From NCBI RefSeq assembly GCF_006345805.1, contig NC_043008.1, positions 16,740,001 through 16,804,000 of the forward strand: a stretch of DNA of 64,000 nucleotides, given 5' to 3'. The DNA comes from Octopus sinensis. Taxonomy: Eukaryota. The position numbers and the translations under genes are program-made. Numbering within the stretch: the first letter of the stretch is position 1; the number at the start of each line of letters is the position of its first letter. Shown one piece after another: positions 12,300-25,730 of the stretch. The notes under the pieces were generated by a model that was not told where the DNA came from, did not search any database, and saw only the letters and a list, made by a program, of their open reading frames with translations.

Positions 12300-12740
12300 A
12301 TGTTTTAGTCATGAGACTGGGGTCATGCTGGGTCACCGACTTAAAGGGTATTCATCGAACGACTCAGCTCTAGAACTATTTTCTTGTTTTAAATTTTTGT
12401 ACTTATTCTATCAGTCTCTTACGTCGGGCCACAATATTGCTTCCAGGAAAGTAAAATAAAACAACATAAATGCCAACTGGTTGGTGGGGGGGACAAAGAC
12501 AAAGACACACATAGAGGCACGAACACACACACAAACACACACACATACACACGCAAACACAAACACTTACACACACATATGTACATACATATACATGAGG
12601 AAGTTCTTCCAGTTTCTGCCTATCAAATTAACCACAAGTTTTTTTCTCAGCCCCAAGATATAGTCGAAGGCACTTTCACAATGTTGTACACGTTTGTACT
12701 GAACCAGGAACCAAGTGGTTCGAAAACTGAGAAGCAAAAT
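12300..12740 (-). mobile_element. SINE family 2, degenerate and split by microsatellite
   Basis: Reverse-complement tail (CATGCTGG..GTACTTATTCTATC) at 12300-12430 and head remnant (ACTGAACC..GAACCA) at 12600-12740. Confidence 0.55.
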
Positions 12741-13450
12741 TTTTACATTTCATCTACACTTGCGCCTGCACACACAAACACCCTCACACAAAAATACAAT
12801 CATGAGGTCACTGCGAACATGATGCCTGCTCGCAATATTTTATGCTGGCTCAGAAAAGTATATGAAATGTGTTTGATATCATCCTTACGAAGTCCTGCTT
12901 AAGAAAAATGTACTTAAGAAAAATGCGTATTCTATTTTATTTTTAGCATTGCCAAATACCTCTGTGAACCAACAATATTTTTTGCTATGTCGATGTAGGA
13001 AGCCACCACCATTTCTACAAATTACCATATGTATTACAGTCCACCATCAAGCTTTACATAATTATTTTCTATTAGTTTAAAAGCGAAAGTGCTAATTTTT
13101 GTGGCTTTTGATTAGCTGTTTTCAAAGTCTTGACATCAAATGGGTGCACGCCAAAACTCAAATAGCAGCAACTATTTATCAATTAAGACAATGTGTCATT
13201 AAAATTAATTATCTGGTATTTTGTTATTTTTCCTAATTGAGGTCAGTTTCTTTGGACGGATACTATTGTTAACAGATGTTTATGATTAACAATAGCTTTG
13301 ACATTTGTAATTTGAGGAAAGAAACGTATTACTAGTATTTAAATCAAGACAAATTCTGTTCTATTTATATTTACATCAGCCTGCTTAGAAAAAAAGGGCA
13401 AAATATGGCTGACTATGGATTGTGAACACGAAGATAAATAATATAGATAA

Positions 13451-13481
<31 letters not shown>

Positions 13482-13482
13482 A

Positions 13483-13514
<32 letters not shown>

Positions 13515-13658
13515 GCATATATATATATATACATATTATACACATATATACATACATACATACATACACATATACATATATATATATATATATGTACATA
13601 CATATATATATATATATATAAAGATGTATATATATTATACACATATATACATACATAT

Positions 13659-13845
13659 TTGGCGAATTTTTCTCCGTTTTCACTTCCTTGGATCTTTCCT
13701 TTTCCTATGTTTCTAACGAAGAGCTCCGCTCGAAAGGTTAAATCCTTCTTCCTTCTTTCCTTTCCTAAGCGCCCAATAATACTATACTTGTTCTACGTCT
13801 TCGCATTGTTGTGTTTTCTCTTTGTGTTTTCATGTTTAGATTAAC
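13659..13845 (+). mobile_element. Penelope-like 3'-end fragment (second family) with hammerhead-like motif, within (TA)n
   Basis: TTTCTAACGAAGAGCTCCGCTCGAAAGGTTAAA at 13710-13742 (stem II GAGC/GCTC, stem I TTT/AAA). TA-rich flanks on both sides. Confidence 0.5.
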
Positions 13846-14214
13846 TATATATATATACTATATATACACACATGAGGAGGTAAATTGATATGTGATTATG
13901 TCATACGATCCAGTGTACTCTACTGGATCAATATTACACTCAGAGTCGCTATTGCGTACGCGAATGTCTCATCCATAGATAGTGAATAGTTAATTGGTCG
14001 CAAGCAAAGCATTTTAATAGCGTGAAGTATGAAGTAATTTAATTGTCTTGAAATTCTATTTAAACCCCTGTAATCAAAGTTTTACATTCTATTAGATTAA
14101 TATATATGATTTGCATGCATTCATACTCCCTATCCATACAGCATATTGGATAGAGACAAACTCTTGTGATGCATACATAATTATTTATTCATTTAGTTAG
14201 TTATTCATACTTAC

Positions 14215-14279
<65 letters not shown>

Positions 14280-14311
14280 TACATAGATATATACATTTAT
14301 AGATAAATATA

Positions 14312-14358
<47 letters not shown>

Positions 14359-15224
14359 TGACAGACACACATACACACCATACATACATACATACATACA
14401 CACTCATATATATATATATATTGTAGAGAGAGAGAGAGAGAGAAATAGACAGATAGCTCGATAGATAGAGAGGTAGGTATGTAGGTAGGTAGATAGATAA
14501 ATTGATACATGCAAAAATATATCTAACATTCTATATGAAATGTTTCCGCACTTCCTTTCTCTCTCTAGCTCACATTCTACCCATCTCCATTCTTTTGTTA
14601 TATACATATATAGAGACATACATGGTGAGAGAAATAGTGAAGAATGAAAGAGAAAGAGAGACAGATTGAAAGAGAAGCATATACTTCTGTGGGTGTACTG
14701 TTAGCCATGACTCACAAAAGTTATTCTGTAAGTGTATCTATATAAGTTTTCAACGAAACAATTTCGGTTGATGTTATGCAGGAAATACATACATATACAG
14801 TTGTCAGATGTCGTAAAAGATAATTGCTGGATCGTGAAGGAAAAATAAATAACCCTTTGCATATGTAATATCTAAAAATTGCAAACCTTGTCAAGATCTA
14901 TATATAATAATGGAAATTATATATTACGAATATTTCCATTCCATCATTTTACGAAGAATATGAAACAGTGGTAAAATATCATCAATCTCATGCATATTAT
15001 TTATCAAACTTCGAAGGATGTGTTTTTTGTTTTTGTTATTTTTGAATTCTACAAAATAAAAGAATTAGTCACCACCAACTAAAAGTTGGTGGGTCATTTC
15101 TTGGTAAATAGTTTTTTACAAAAATATAAATTTCCCAACATTTTAATGAAAAATTTAAAAAACCAGTACAATAATAATAATAATAATAATAATAATGATA
15201 ATAATAATAATAATAATAATAATA

Positions 15225-15343
15225 GAACGATCTACTGAGTTTGGTTTAATGGCCTACCAATGTATACTATGAGTTTCTTTGCCCTAGGAGTCGGGAAGAC
15301 ACGAGGCAAGAAATGGAAGCAAATTTGAAAGAAGAAAAAAAAG
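15225..15343 (+). mobile_element. Short insert in (TAA)n, possible R4/Dong-like 3' end
   Basis: Unique 119-bp block with pure (TAA)n on both sides; CCCTAGGAGTCGGGAAGACACGAGG followed by an A-rich end. Confidence 0.35.
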
Positions 15344-15401
15344 TAATAATAATAATAATAATAATAATAATATTAATAATAATATAATAATAATAATAAT
15401 A

Positions 15402-15442
<41 letters not shown>

Positions 15443-15485
15443 AATAATAATAATAATAATAATGATAATAATAATAATGATAATA

Positions 15486-15523
<38 letters not shown>

Positions 15524-16441
15524 ATGGTGGTGATAGATACAATGAGTACGAAAATATTTTGGCGCGTAACCTCTAAATCAATGGAGACAGAGATACGCCT
15601 AAAACTTGCATTAAATGACTGAACAACTATTAAACGTTTTCTTCAATATTACTTTCATATGATGTGTATGTCCTTACAAATATACTATACATACATACAT
15701 ACATATATATATATATTTATATTTGATCAGTCATTGTTTTTATTCTATTGTAATGTATGGAATTGTAATTGATGCAAATATACTAACGTGGTCACGGCGT
15801 TTCTTAAACTATCATACGCTTGCTATAAATATATACGTAATATTCCCAGTATTCTCACGTATCATGCGCTAAATGCGATGAAAATAAATTTTAAAACTAT
15901 ATCCCTATACAATTGGAATGTATTTCATTCGCAGTTAGTACGGATAAGCGACTGACCCTTTGTGTAATTTTCTTTATTTATTTCTTCCTGCCTTTCTACC
16001 TCTTTCTCTGTATATGGAAATGGTGTATTTGTCAGAGGCGCACATAACAGTGCATAGGAATTATGAAAGAAAAGCTTCTGTTATTAGATAAGACTTTGAA
16101 TCTGATATGAGATAGAAATATACTGTTGGAGACAAATACATACATGGATGGATATCTATCTATTTCTCCATCCCTCTAGCCATCCCTCTCTCTCCCACCT
16201 CTCTTCCTCCCTCTCCCTCTCAGTCTCTCTCTTTCCCCCCTCTCCCTATATATATATATATATATATATAGATATAGAAATAGATATATTGGAATATAAA
16301 TGTATATATGTATGGATTAGTAATAGGAATGCATATATAAGTGTGTATGCGTATGTGAATTAATAAATATCTGCACGTATGACACTCTTTACGTAATTGC
16401 ATATTTGGGGACGCGGTTGCATACAGAAATACATATGCATA

Positions 16442-16490
<49 letters not shown>

Positions 16491-16531
16491 AATGTATATA
16501 TAAATATGTATATATATATTATATATATATA

Positions 16532-16581
<50 letters not shown>

Positions 16582-16809
16582 TATATATATTATATATATA
16601 TATGTATGTAGGTAGGTAGGTATATTTGCCAGCAGAGAAGTAAAGGAGAGAAGGAGTTATTACATACAATATGCATATGAGATTAAATTTTTTCTCTTTA
16701 TATGAACAAATATGTTAGCGTGCAACGGAAAAGTGTGAAAATGCTATATTGAAAAGAGAAATCATTGGGAAGTATTTGCATTTCATGTATTTTATAATAA
16801 GAATAATGG

Positions 16810-16867
16810 TGATGATAATAATAATAACAATAATAATAATAATAATTATAATAATAATAATAATAAC

Positions 16868-16905
<38 letters not shown>

Positions 16906-17149
16906 TAATAATAATAATAATAATAAGAAGAAGAAGAAGAAGAAGAGAAGAAGAAGAAGAAGAAGAAGAAGAAGAAGAAGAGAAGAAGAAGAAGAAGAAG
17001 AAGAAGAAGAAGAAGAAGAAAAATTCCAGTAGTAGCAGTAGGACGATGGGAATAAAATTTATTTCATTTCTATCGTTTCTTATTTCTTTTGTGTTTTAGA
17101 ATTATTTATCTGCCTCGTTTACTTCTTTGTCTTCGTTTTCTTCTTGTCG

Positions 17150-17184
<35 letters not shown>

Positions 17185-17213
17185 TATTATTATTATTATT
17201 ATTTTCATCATCA

Positions 17214-17283
<70 letters not shown>

Positions 17284-17430
17284 CATCATTATTATCATTA
17301 TTATTATCATTATTACTCAGTAGTCTTATTTTTATCATCATCACCACAACCACCACCACCACCACCACAACCACCTTCATCATCATCATCATCATCATTA
17401 TTATTATTGTTATTATTTTTATTTTCACCA
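16810..17430. repeat. Compound trinucleotide microsatellites (TAA)n-(GAA)n and (TAT/CAT/CAC)n
   Basis: Direct reading. Confidence 0.95.
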
Positions 17431-17824
17431 TTATTATCATAGTTATTATTTTATTTGCAGAATCCATTTCGATTGGTTTTTTTTATTTTTATTGAGGCAT
17501 GTCTGCAGCAGTTGCTTGTTTGCCTGTTGTTGTCCACATTTCTTGCGAACAAAACAAATGTTCTATTTAACACCAAATGGATCTAATTCCAGCATCTGCA
17601 CTCGCACGCACATACTCTATAAATGCACACGTTTGAGCTTCGTCACATATATATATATATATTGATTCATACACACAAAAACACACACACACACAAACAT
17701 ATATAGATAGACAGATAGAAAGATAGATAGATAGTCTGATATATGTAGCTAGATTTAGATTAAATATCTATATTTTTTAAAACGCACTTATATGCTCATA
17801 TATATATATACATATATATATATG

Positions 17825-17924
<100 letters not shown>

Positions 17925-17926
17925 AA

Positions 17927-17978
<52 letters not shown>

Positions 17979-19149
17979 TATATATATATTTGTATGTATG
18001 TATGTATATATGAGTGTTTGTGTGTGAGCGTGTGTCTCTGTGAATATATGTACCTATATCTATGTATGAGGCCTACAATATAACAAGATCTTAATGCTGG
18101 TCATAGAAAGAAGAATGTGCTTCTTCCTGACAAATTAGCTGTCTGCAGATTTTCTATGGAACAATTCATAGAGTCGATCGCTTCACAAGATATATTTGTT
18201 CCAAGCGTTTAGTAGAAAACTCTATTTTTGCTACCATTCTTGTATTATCTCATCATATCAACTTACTTTTCCAATCTGTCTTTTATTTTTATCGTTTTCA
18301 TCTTATTTTATTTTTATTTTATCTTTATTTCTGCCATTTCAGCGATATATATTTATTTTTTTTTATCTTAAAGCAAAGAAGAGTCACATATTCGTGTGTA
18401 CCTGCGCACGCGTGTGTATGTGTTTAGTTGTGTGTTTCAACGTGTGTGGGAGAGCGTGCGCGCGGTCGATGAATTTATTTGGTGTAAAAAGGTCCAACCA
18501 AGTTTTATAAATGGCGTTACTTTTAACAATTATCTTCAAAAACAGTTTTTGCATTAGCAGAATGAGAAATATGAGATTCGTTCTAATGTTATATCCTAAA
18601 GCATCGTATTTCTTTTTACCATATACAAATAATACACACACGCACACGCATACACACATACAATTATGTATATATATATATATATGTGTGTGCCTGTATA
18701 TATATATATATATATATATATATCACTATATATATAATACACATACACACACGTACTTACTTGCTACGTACTCGTAACGAACATGAAAATGTACAGTTCC
18801 ATTATTCATGCCAGTACAAAGGATTAATTTTATAAACGAAGAAAAGTTGTCTTCAACAGGAAAGATATTGTTCACTGAGTTTGAATAGAGAGAGGGATAT
18901 TTCTCCACAAGCGCTTGTTAATTTCCTACGCAGTATAAGCCGAAAATTTGCTATACGTTTTCGAAACCATCTAGAAGTGGCAGAGAACTTTCATGCAGTT
19001 TCTTATAGAATTACAATTTGGTTATGTTATACCTCAAGATATGAAGAAATATCCTTCGGAACGTTTGAATGAGCAGTAGACTTTTGGTATACTAGAGAAC
19101 ACAATTATACGAGTATTTCTCTCAAATTGCACGCTTTTCTCTTAATGTA

Positions 19150-19620
19150 AAAGTTGGCTGCAAGAAAGGCTTTGCTTCACAGTTGTGTGATTTACGGTTC
19201 AGTCCCGCTGCACAATACCTTGGGCTTGAGGAAGTGTCTGCTTCTATAGCCTCATACCGACCAAAATTTTATGACTGAATTTCGTAGTCGGAAACGGAAA
19301 GACACCAGTCGTATATAAACATATTTATTTATGTGTGTGTATGTATGTGTGTGTATACGAATGATTGTGTCTATGAATGTATGCGTGAATGTATGTGTGT
19401 ACGCGCAGCTGTGTGTCTTTGTGTTTTTGCTGTGTTTATCCTCCCACTAGCCATTTCACAAACTCTCTTGTCTTAAGTCTTGGTAATCTAGCGTTTCTGT
19501 GAAAGAGAGCAATACTCTAAATACCAGATTTAAATGAATAAATGCCGTGGTCGATTTTTTCAACGAATTCAAGAGTTTGTTCTGGCATGACTGCAGTCCA
19601 ACGACTAAAGCAAGTAAACA
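19150..19620 (+). mobile_element. SINE family 2, old degenerate copy
   Basis: GGTTCAGTCCC B-box at about 19196, internal TG tract, tail GGCATGACTGCAGTC..GCAAGTAAA. Confidence 0.6.
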
Positions 19621-20019
19621 TTAAAGCTAACAGATATATTTGTTTTGAACATTTTTCTGATCGTCACTGATCAAAGACACCGAACGCTTGACGATCAGAT
19701 ACATGACTGCAGTCATGCCGGAACAAACCCTTGAATTCATTGAAAAAAATCGACCTCAGAATTTATTCGTTTAAATCGTTTTATACTGGTACTATCCAGA
19801 ATAAAAAGTTACCTCGGGGTAAGCAACACATACAACAGCTGTATGAGTGAACCAATTTGAATAGGAATATCGATACTAAAAGATAATCCGATGCCCTAGT
19901 GTGAATGGTTACTTTTAAATGTTTATCTCTTTAGAGAGCAAAAATAGAGACGTGCAAATTGTGATGTAGAACCGGTTGATGTGTTTTAAATTTTGACAGG
20001 AGGACAGCAAACTCGAGAA

Positions 20020-20553
20020 GGTGGTAAGTCGATGAAATCAACACCAAAGCTCAATTGGGAGGTATTTCATTGATCCACGAAATAATGAAAGGCAACGTCG
20101 GCTTCAGTAATATTTAAACACAAAATGTAAAGGCGGACGAAATGCAAGTAAGCATTTTGTCCGGCGTGTTAACGATTCTGCCAGCTCGCACACCGGCCAG
20201 GGACTGATTGACATGCAGATGATTAGCATTGGGTGATTTAACAGGAACTGAACACATAATCAAACATCTTGAGTGGACTGTGCCAAAATAGAAACGACAC
20301 ACATTAATAAGCGTACAACGATAATAATAACAGTCAGTAGTGGTTTCAAATTTGGCCACAAAGCCAGCAGTAATAATGGGTGGTCAAATGATTATATCGA
20401 TATCCAGTGCTCAACTGGTACTTATTTTACCGACATCGAAAGATCGAAAGATGAAATCAGCCTTGGTTGTATTTGAACGCAGAATGTCAAGAAAAATAAA
20501 ATGCCGCTATGTATTTCGTTCTGAGTGCTAACGATTCTGACATCTCGCCACCT
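20020..20553 (-). mobile_element. Two degenerate SINE family 1 copies (about 20020-20195 and 20330-20553)
   Basis: Reverse-complement heads GCTAACGATTCTG(C/A)CA and AAGCATTTTGTCCGGCG match family 1. Confidence 0.6.
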
Positions 20554-20555
<2 letters not shown>

Positions 20556-20634
<79 letters not shown>

Positions 20635-20798
20635 TAATAATAATAAGAAGAAGAAGAAGAAGAGAAGAAGAAGAAGAAGAAGAATTTGAACTCGGAACAT
20701 AGCGACAGGCGAAATACCCCCTAATAGTAACGATAATGATAAAAACAATAACACCTGTACTAATAATGATAACGATAACAAAAACAAGAACAACAACA

Positions 20799-20869
<71 letters not shown>

Positions 20870-20870
20870 T
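20556..20870. repeat. Compound microsatellite (TAC)n-(TAA)n-(GAA)n ... (TAA)n
   Basis: Direct reading. Confidence 0.95.
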
Positions 20871-21520
20871 TGTACCTAGATGATTTCGTGCTGTGCTCTA
20901 CCTATAATAAACATCTAGAAACATGGTTACACAACTAGATGAAGTAATATAAGATCCGTGTAAGTCAGGTACTATAAACGACATTGTAGAGAAGAAAAAT
21001 AAATTAAGAACAGCAGTGTCATGTTATGTAAACTAAGCACAGACTTTCTTTCACATACTTAGACGAATTAATCAAGTAGACGGAGTATAACGCGCACGAA
21101 AGAAGAAAGAAAAGTTTAGAAGGAATACGATAGACGCATCGCATTAATTCTTAAAGCAGAGCTATATATAAAGAAAACGGTAATAGCTTTCATTGTAGTG
21201 AATCTCCTAGTTTAAAGTGACAGTTATAACATTCTCCACTGGAGCAAAACTGGGGAGAAAATACAATGAAAGTAATGACAGCATTCAAAACTAAAAAAGA
21301 AAGAAACTGTGTTCTAACTGAATTCCAGGAAGCACACGATGTCGTTTACAAAAATCCCACATACTTCTCTCAAAGGTTGTCAACTCTAGAATTTAAGATT
21401 AGAGTTTATTAAGTATCAACGAGCAAGAAACTAAAGTATTCATTGATGTTGTTCCCTATATTTCCGATTAATAACAAGGATTTCTGCATTCCCTTGCTGG
21501 TTTTGATAAAAAATGAATAA

Positions 21521-21845
21521 AGATATTGTATTTCGGAGTGTTCATTTTGCCAGTTTAGCCAATAAAAACACACGCACTATATATTTGGTGTTACTTTGCT
21601 TCAGCGTTATTTATTTTTTACATTAATCTTAATCTTATTTCGGCCAGAGTTCTTTCGTCACACTCCTGTGACCGCATCAGTGGTCCTTTGCTTTATTCTT
21701 TCATATTTGTGTGTCTGCCCTTACTAACGGTCAGCCATTTTGTAAAAGATAAATAACGCTGAAGCAAAGTAACACCAAATATATAGTGCGTGTGTTTTTA
21801 TTGGCTAAACTGGCAAAATGACCATTCCTAAATACAAGAATATCT
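21521..21845. mobile_element. Fold-back with 73-bp perfect arms enclosing a hammerhead-like motif (inverted Penelope-type pseudo-LTR?)
   Basis: 21542-21614 is the exact reverse complement of 21749-21821; arms extend with mismatches to about 100 bp. Minus-strand CTGATGCG-GTCAC/GTGAC-GAAA lies in the loop. Confidence 0.6.
21641..21686 (-). ncRNA. Type I hammerhead-like motif (A9 position is C)
   Basis: GGACCA-CUGAUGC-G-GUCAC aggagu GUGAC-GAAA-G aa CUC-UGGCC: 5-bp stem II, 2-bp stem III, CUC triplet, stem I CCA/UGG. Confidence 0.45.
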
Positions 21846-24299
21846 GTTTCAACACACGATTTCACATCAAAACTCTTGCAAAACAAATATATGAATAAAG
21901 ATAATTAATCCAGTATATTCACGGCAACACATTTCTCACCTGCTATTTGTTTAGACTCTTAATGACAAAATTCAAAACCTAAAACAGCCGATTAAGAGAC
22001 ACAGGGATGGCACATAGAGCAACTAAGCTGAACATGTTCGGACAGAAGGCTAAAACATCAACGATATGGTTGAGAAACTTGTCACTACAAAAAATATACT
22101 GAAAGAAATATTTAAAAAGTACACACTATAACGAGGACAAAATGTCACTAATCTAGAAAATTTCATGGTACAATATAACATATTCCGACACCAAACTATG
22201 CACGGGCTCCGAAAGACCCACTTGGAGACACAACAATGCAAAAATGTTGCCCTACATGCGTCTATGCGTTTTTCCGTCGATTTTAAAAGCCAGAGGGTGA
22301 AAGTTGTATGGAACACCAACATACATGTACTGACAAAATTACCCAAGAATGCGCTTGCATTAATAGCAAAAATAAGTTAAATTGAATTACGTTACGTCAC
22401 AGTCCTGTGTTTAAATTGCATAGCCATTTTTACAAGAAGGATGAACAACCAAATATAAGTATAGACCTATATTCTTTCCATATAGAAGGAAGAGGAGGAT
22501 CCGTAGACATTCTTAGAATATTCAGAAATAGTGTTTGGTATCTTTGAGTGATTCTTAAAACTTTAAACATAGTAAACTCAGAACAATTTTATCAACTACG
22601 AATACGCATATTTCCCATTAAACATTTTAATCTTAAAATATTTTGTTAATCACGAACAATGTTGTTTAACTTTTTTTTTATCACAGAGAGGTCATGCGAT
22701 GTATTTCTGAATCTATGATTATTAAATGGAAGAATAATTATAATATCCGATCTCTACTGTCGATCGTTGATATCTTAATCCCGCCCAGAAATTATATAAA
22801 TATACCTCATAACAATATTTTATATACATTGTATACGTTTATTTTTATGAGATCTAACGAAAGCATAGTCAGAAATTCATAAAACTAGAACAGCTGGTCT
22901 TTGCAAGGTATCTTAGTCCAAAATCGGTCAGTCTCTATTTTGCCCCTTAATTCCTTAATTTTACTGACGTTTTTTTCCACATTTGACCATGCTTACTTAT
23001 CTCCTTTCTTAATCTTCAAGGGGATGGCTGTAATTTACTACCATAGGTACATATAAATTTAATTCGCGTTCATACATAATTTACAGGTAGTCTTTCCTAA
23101 TTCTATTCCTCAAAATTTGTAGAAAAATGTATTGTCCCCATTTAACTTGACTTCTATAACTTTTTATCGACTGGAAAGTCTTTCTCTTTGTATGTATTGT
23201 CCTGAGATATTGTCATAGTACTTATCTTGCCAAAGAACATCTTTATATGCTTACTAAATTAAGTAACTCTACTGGAAGAAATCTCAACAGGGACTCTTTG
23301 CTGTATTCAATTTCAGGTTTCCCACGAAGAGAAGATATGGATAAATTTGGTCCAATCCATTATCACAAGAAAAGCAGAAGAAGAATAGAAAGGAAAAAAG
23401 AAAACACTTTTCGTTCTATTCGAGAAAAGGATTTTTTTCCAGGAAAAACATCGACAGGAATGAAGTCTAAAATTTATTGACACATAAGGAGGTTGACATA
23501 AAAAAAACGATTTTATACGTGATGCAACAGGCTTGCTACAAGCAAATATGATGGAAAGGCTATCCATAAAAAAGAAAATATGCCGCAGATATTAGATGGA
23601 ATTATAAAACAGTAAAATGAAAATAAAATAACAGGAAACAGCAATAATAGATCTTAAGAAATTCCTATAAATAAGCATTAACCAGGCTCGTCATTCTCTT
23701 GCGAGAAGGTATCAATCTAACTTTGTATGAGAGAAAATGCATAGAAAAAGCGAAATGACAGATAACCAACGCATTGATCTATATCTTTACAGTGTGGTTA
23801 CTATCAAGAATCATGAACACAAAAGTGCTGTGAGGGCATGCATATCAGCGATAAATATCGGACTCGATTTCAAAGAAGTAGATGCGCCATTACCAAATTT
23901 GACAGAAACAACCTCTCGAGCTTTACTAAGTAGAGGGCAAAACATACCAGAAAGGAAATTCCCTTCAAGGCTTATTTGAAATATAGTTTTCCAACAATCT
24001 AGATTTTTTATACTTATATACACAAAACTATTGATAATGTTTATAACAGACATTTGTGCAAAATCACCCATAATCATATAAAATGTAAACCTAAATACAA
24101 TTCAGTAGTGGAAAAAAGGTTTGTGCCAACGCATGCTGTTTGAATCGGCCGCATGCAGGTATTGTATCCGTTAACGATTATCTAGGTTCTAGATAGAGTA
24201 AATGAGACTCTACTTCTTTGCATTGAGATGTCACAGCCCAATATAGATGTACAACAAATCACGTTTTGGATTACAAGCATTTCAACGGATATATATATA

Positions 24300-24373
<74 letters not shown>

Positions 24374-24661
24374 AAATATATTACTATATATATATATACA
24401 TGTACACATGACTACACACACACATATATATACATTACATATGCATATATATATAGAGAGAGAGAGACGGACAGACATAGACAGAGAGGGATACGAATAT
24501 ATATATATATATAGAAAGAGAGAGAGAGAGCTTCCTGATGATTTCTTTTGAATGAAACAGTTCTAGTCCTGTAGAAGTTCCTTCTATATAATAAATTAAT
24601 TTACTCTGCTATGTATTGAGTACCTTATTTACTGTGGTTAACCCCGACTCAACCCGGGACC

Positions 24662-24700
<39 letters not shown>

Positions 24701-25389
24701 ATCTTGCTGGCATTGTACAGCACCACACCTGCAGTGGAAAATTGATTTTATCCTCGGCATAAATGTTTCCATTATTATCTTTCAAACAGTAATAGATTTG
24801 GCCGGTCCTAAATTGTGTGTGTGTATACAAAAGGAAGTAAAATAATTTTTTGAGGTGTTTATCTTTCATAGTTATTACGTAACTATTACCATTCTACTGA
24901 GATTTATACCTGAAACCCATCCGCTTTCTGTACAATAAACATGAATATTTAATCATTATCAACAAGTTATTTCAGCTAAGACCGATATATATCACCGTAC
25001 TACACAGTGTCGCACCACTTAGAAGTATGGAAAGGATGGGTACCGTTTGGTGGATACTATTTTGAAAACAAGACTTTTTTACTTTCAATATGAATTCAAC
25101 TGAACTATGTAATAAGAAAGCTTACATAAAGATTTTGTATATATAACGTTACAACATTTCAAGCATTCATTTATATTTTCAAATATAGTTTTGTTGATCC
25201 AACTACTTTCCCTGCACGTATCTGGATTTCGTCTATCATATGATGGCATTTAATTTTCTTTTTTCCCTGTTGCGTGTGTCATGGATGAATAAAATAATCT
25301 GATATTGAGAATTTGAAATTTTTGTAATCTTTCTGAATTATGGAAACTTCTGATCTCTTGTTCCCATGGTAGTATTAGATATAGCTGGG

Positions 25390-25730
25390 AGATTGAGAGA
25401 TTCTTTAATAAGTGCTACGAATATAGTTTTCGTAAGAAAGCGCAGGAGAGATTTGCAAGACAATTTCTGTCGCATGAAAGAATCGCAAGTACGGAACATT
25501 TAGTATTAAAAACTTCACAAGATGGATTCTATCGCAGGGAAGCATCGCAAGATGTAATATTCAAGTGGAGTCAACCGACAATAGGCGTAAGAACGGGTAG
25601 TTAGTTACACCTGGGTACTCAGCTGATTTAATGACGGTTTCTCGTGATAAGGCCCTAAGGTGGGGTTACGTGAGACCTCTGAGCCCTAAACATATTAACA
25701 GGAACAGTGGGTGTGGAACAGGGACGATTG
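25390..25730 (+). mobile_element. Possible RTE-clade LINE 3' relic
   Basis: Weak by-eye similarity of SATNIVFVRK.. and GYSADLMTVSRDKALRWGYVRPLSP to the RTE C-terminus; 3' end resembles that of the 37.1-kb relic. Confidence 0.3.

Noticed and set aside
17620-17650. Minus-strand TGACGAAGCTCAAACG hammerhead-like remnant
   Set aside because: Lacks C3, GAAA and a proper stem II; too decayed to call.
24533-24580. CTGATGA...GAAAC...GTC hammerhead-like string
   Set aside because: Stem II is irregular and stem I cannot form next to the core (C opposite C).
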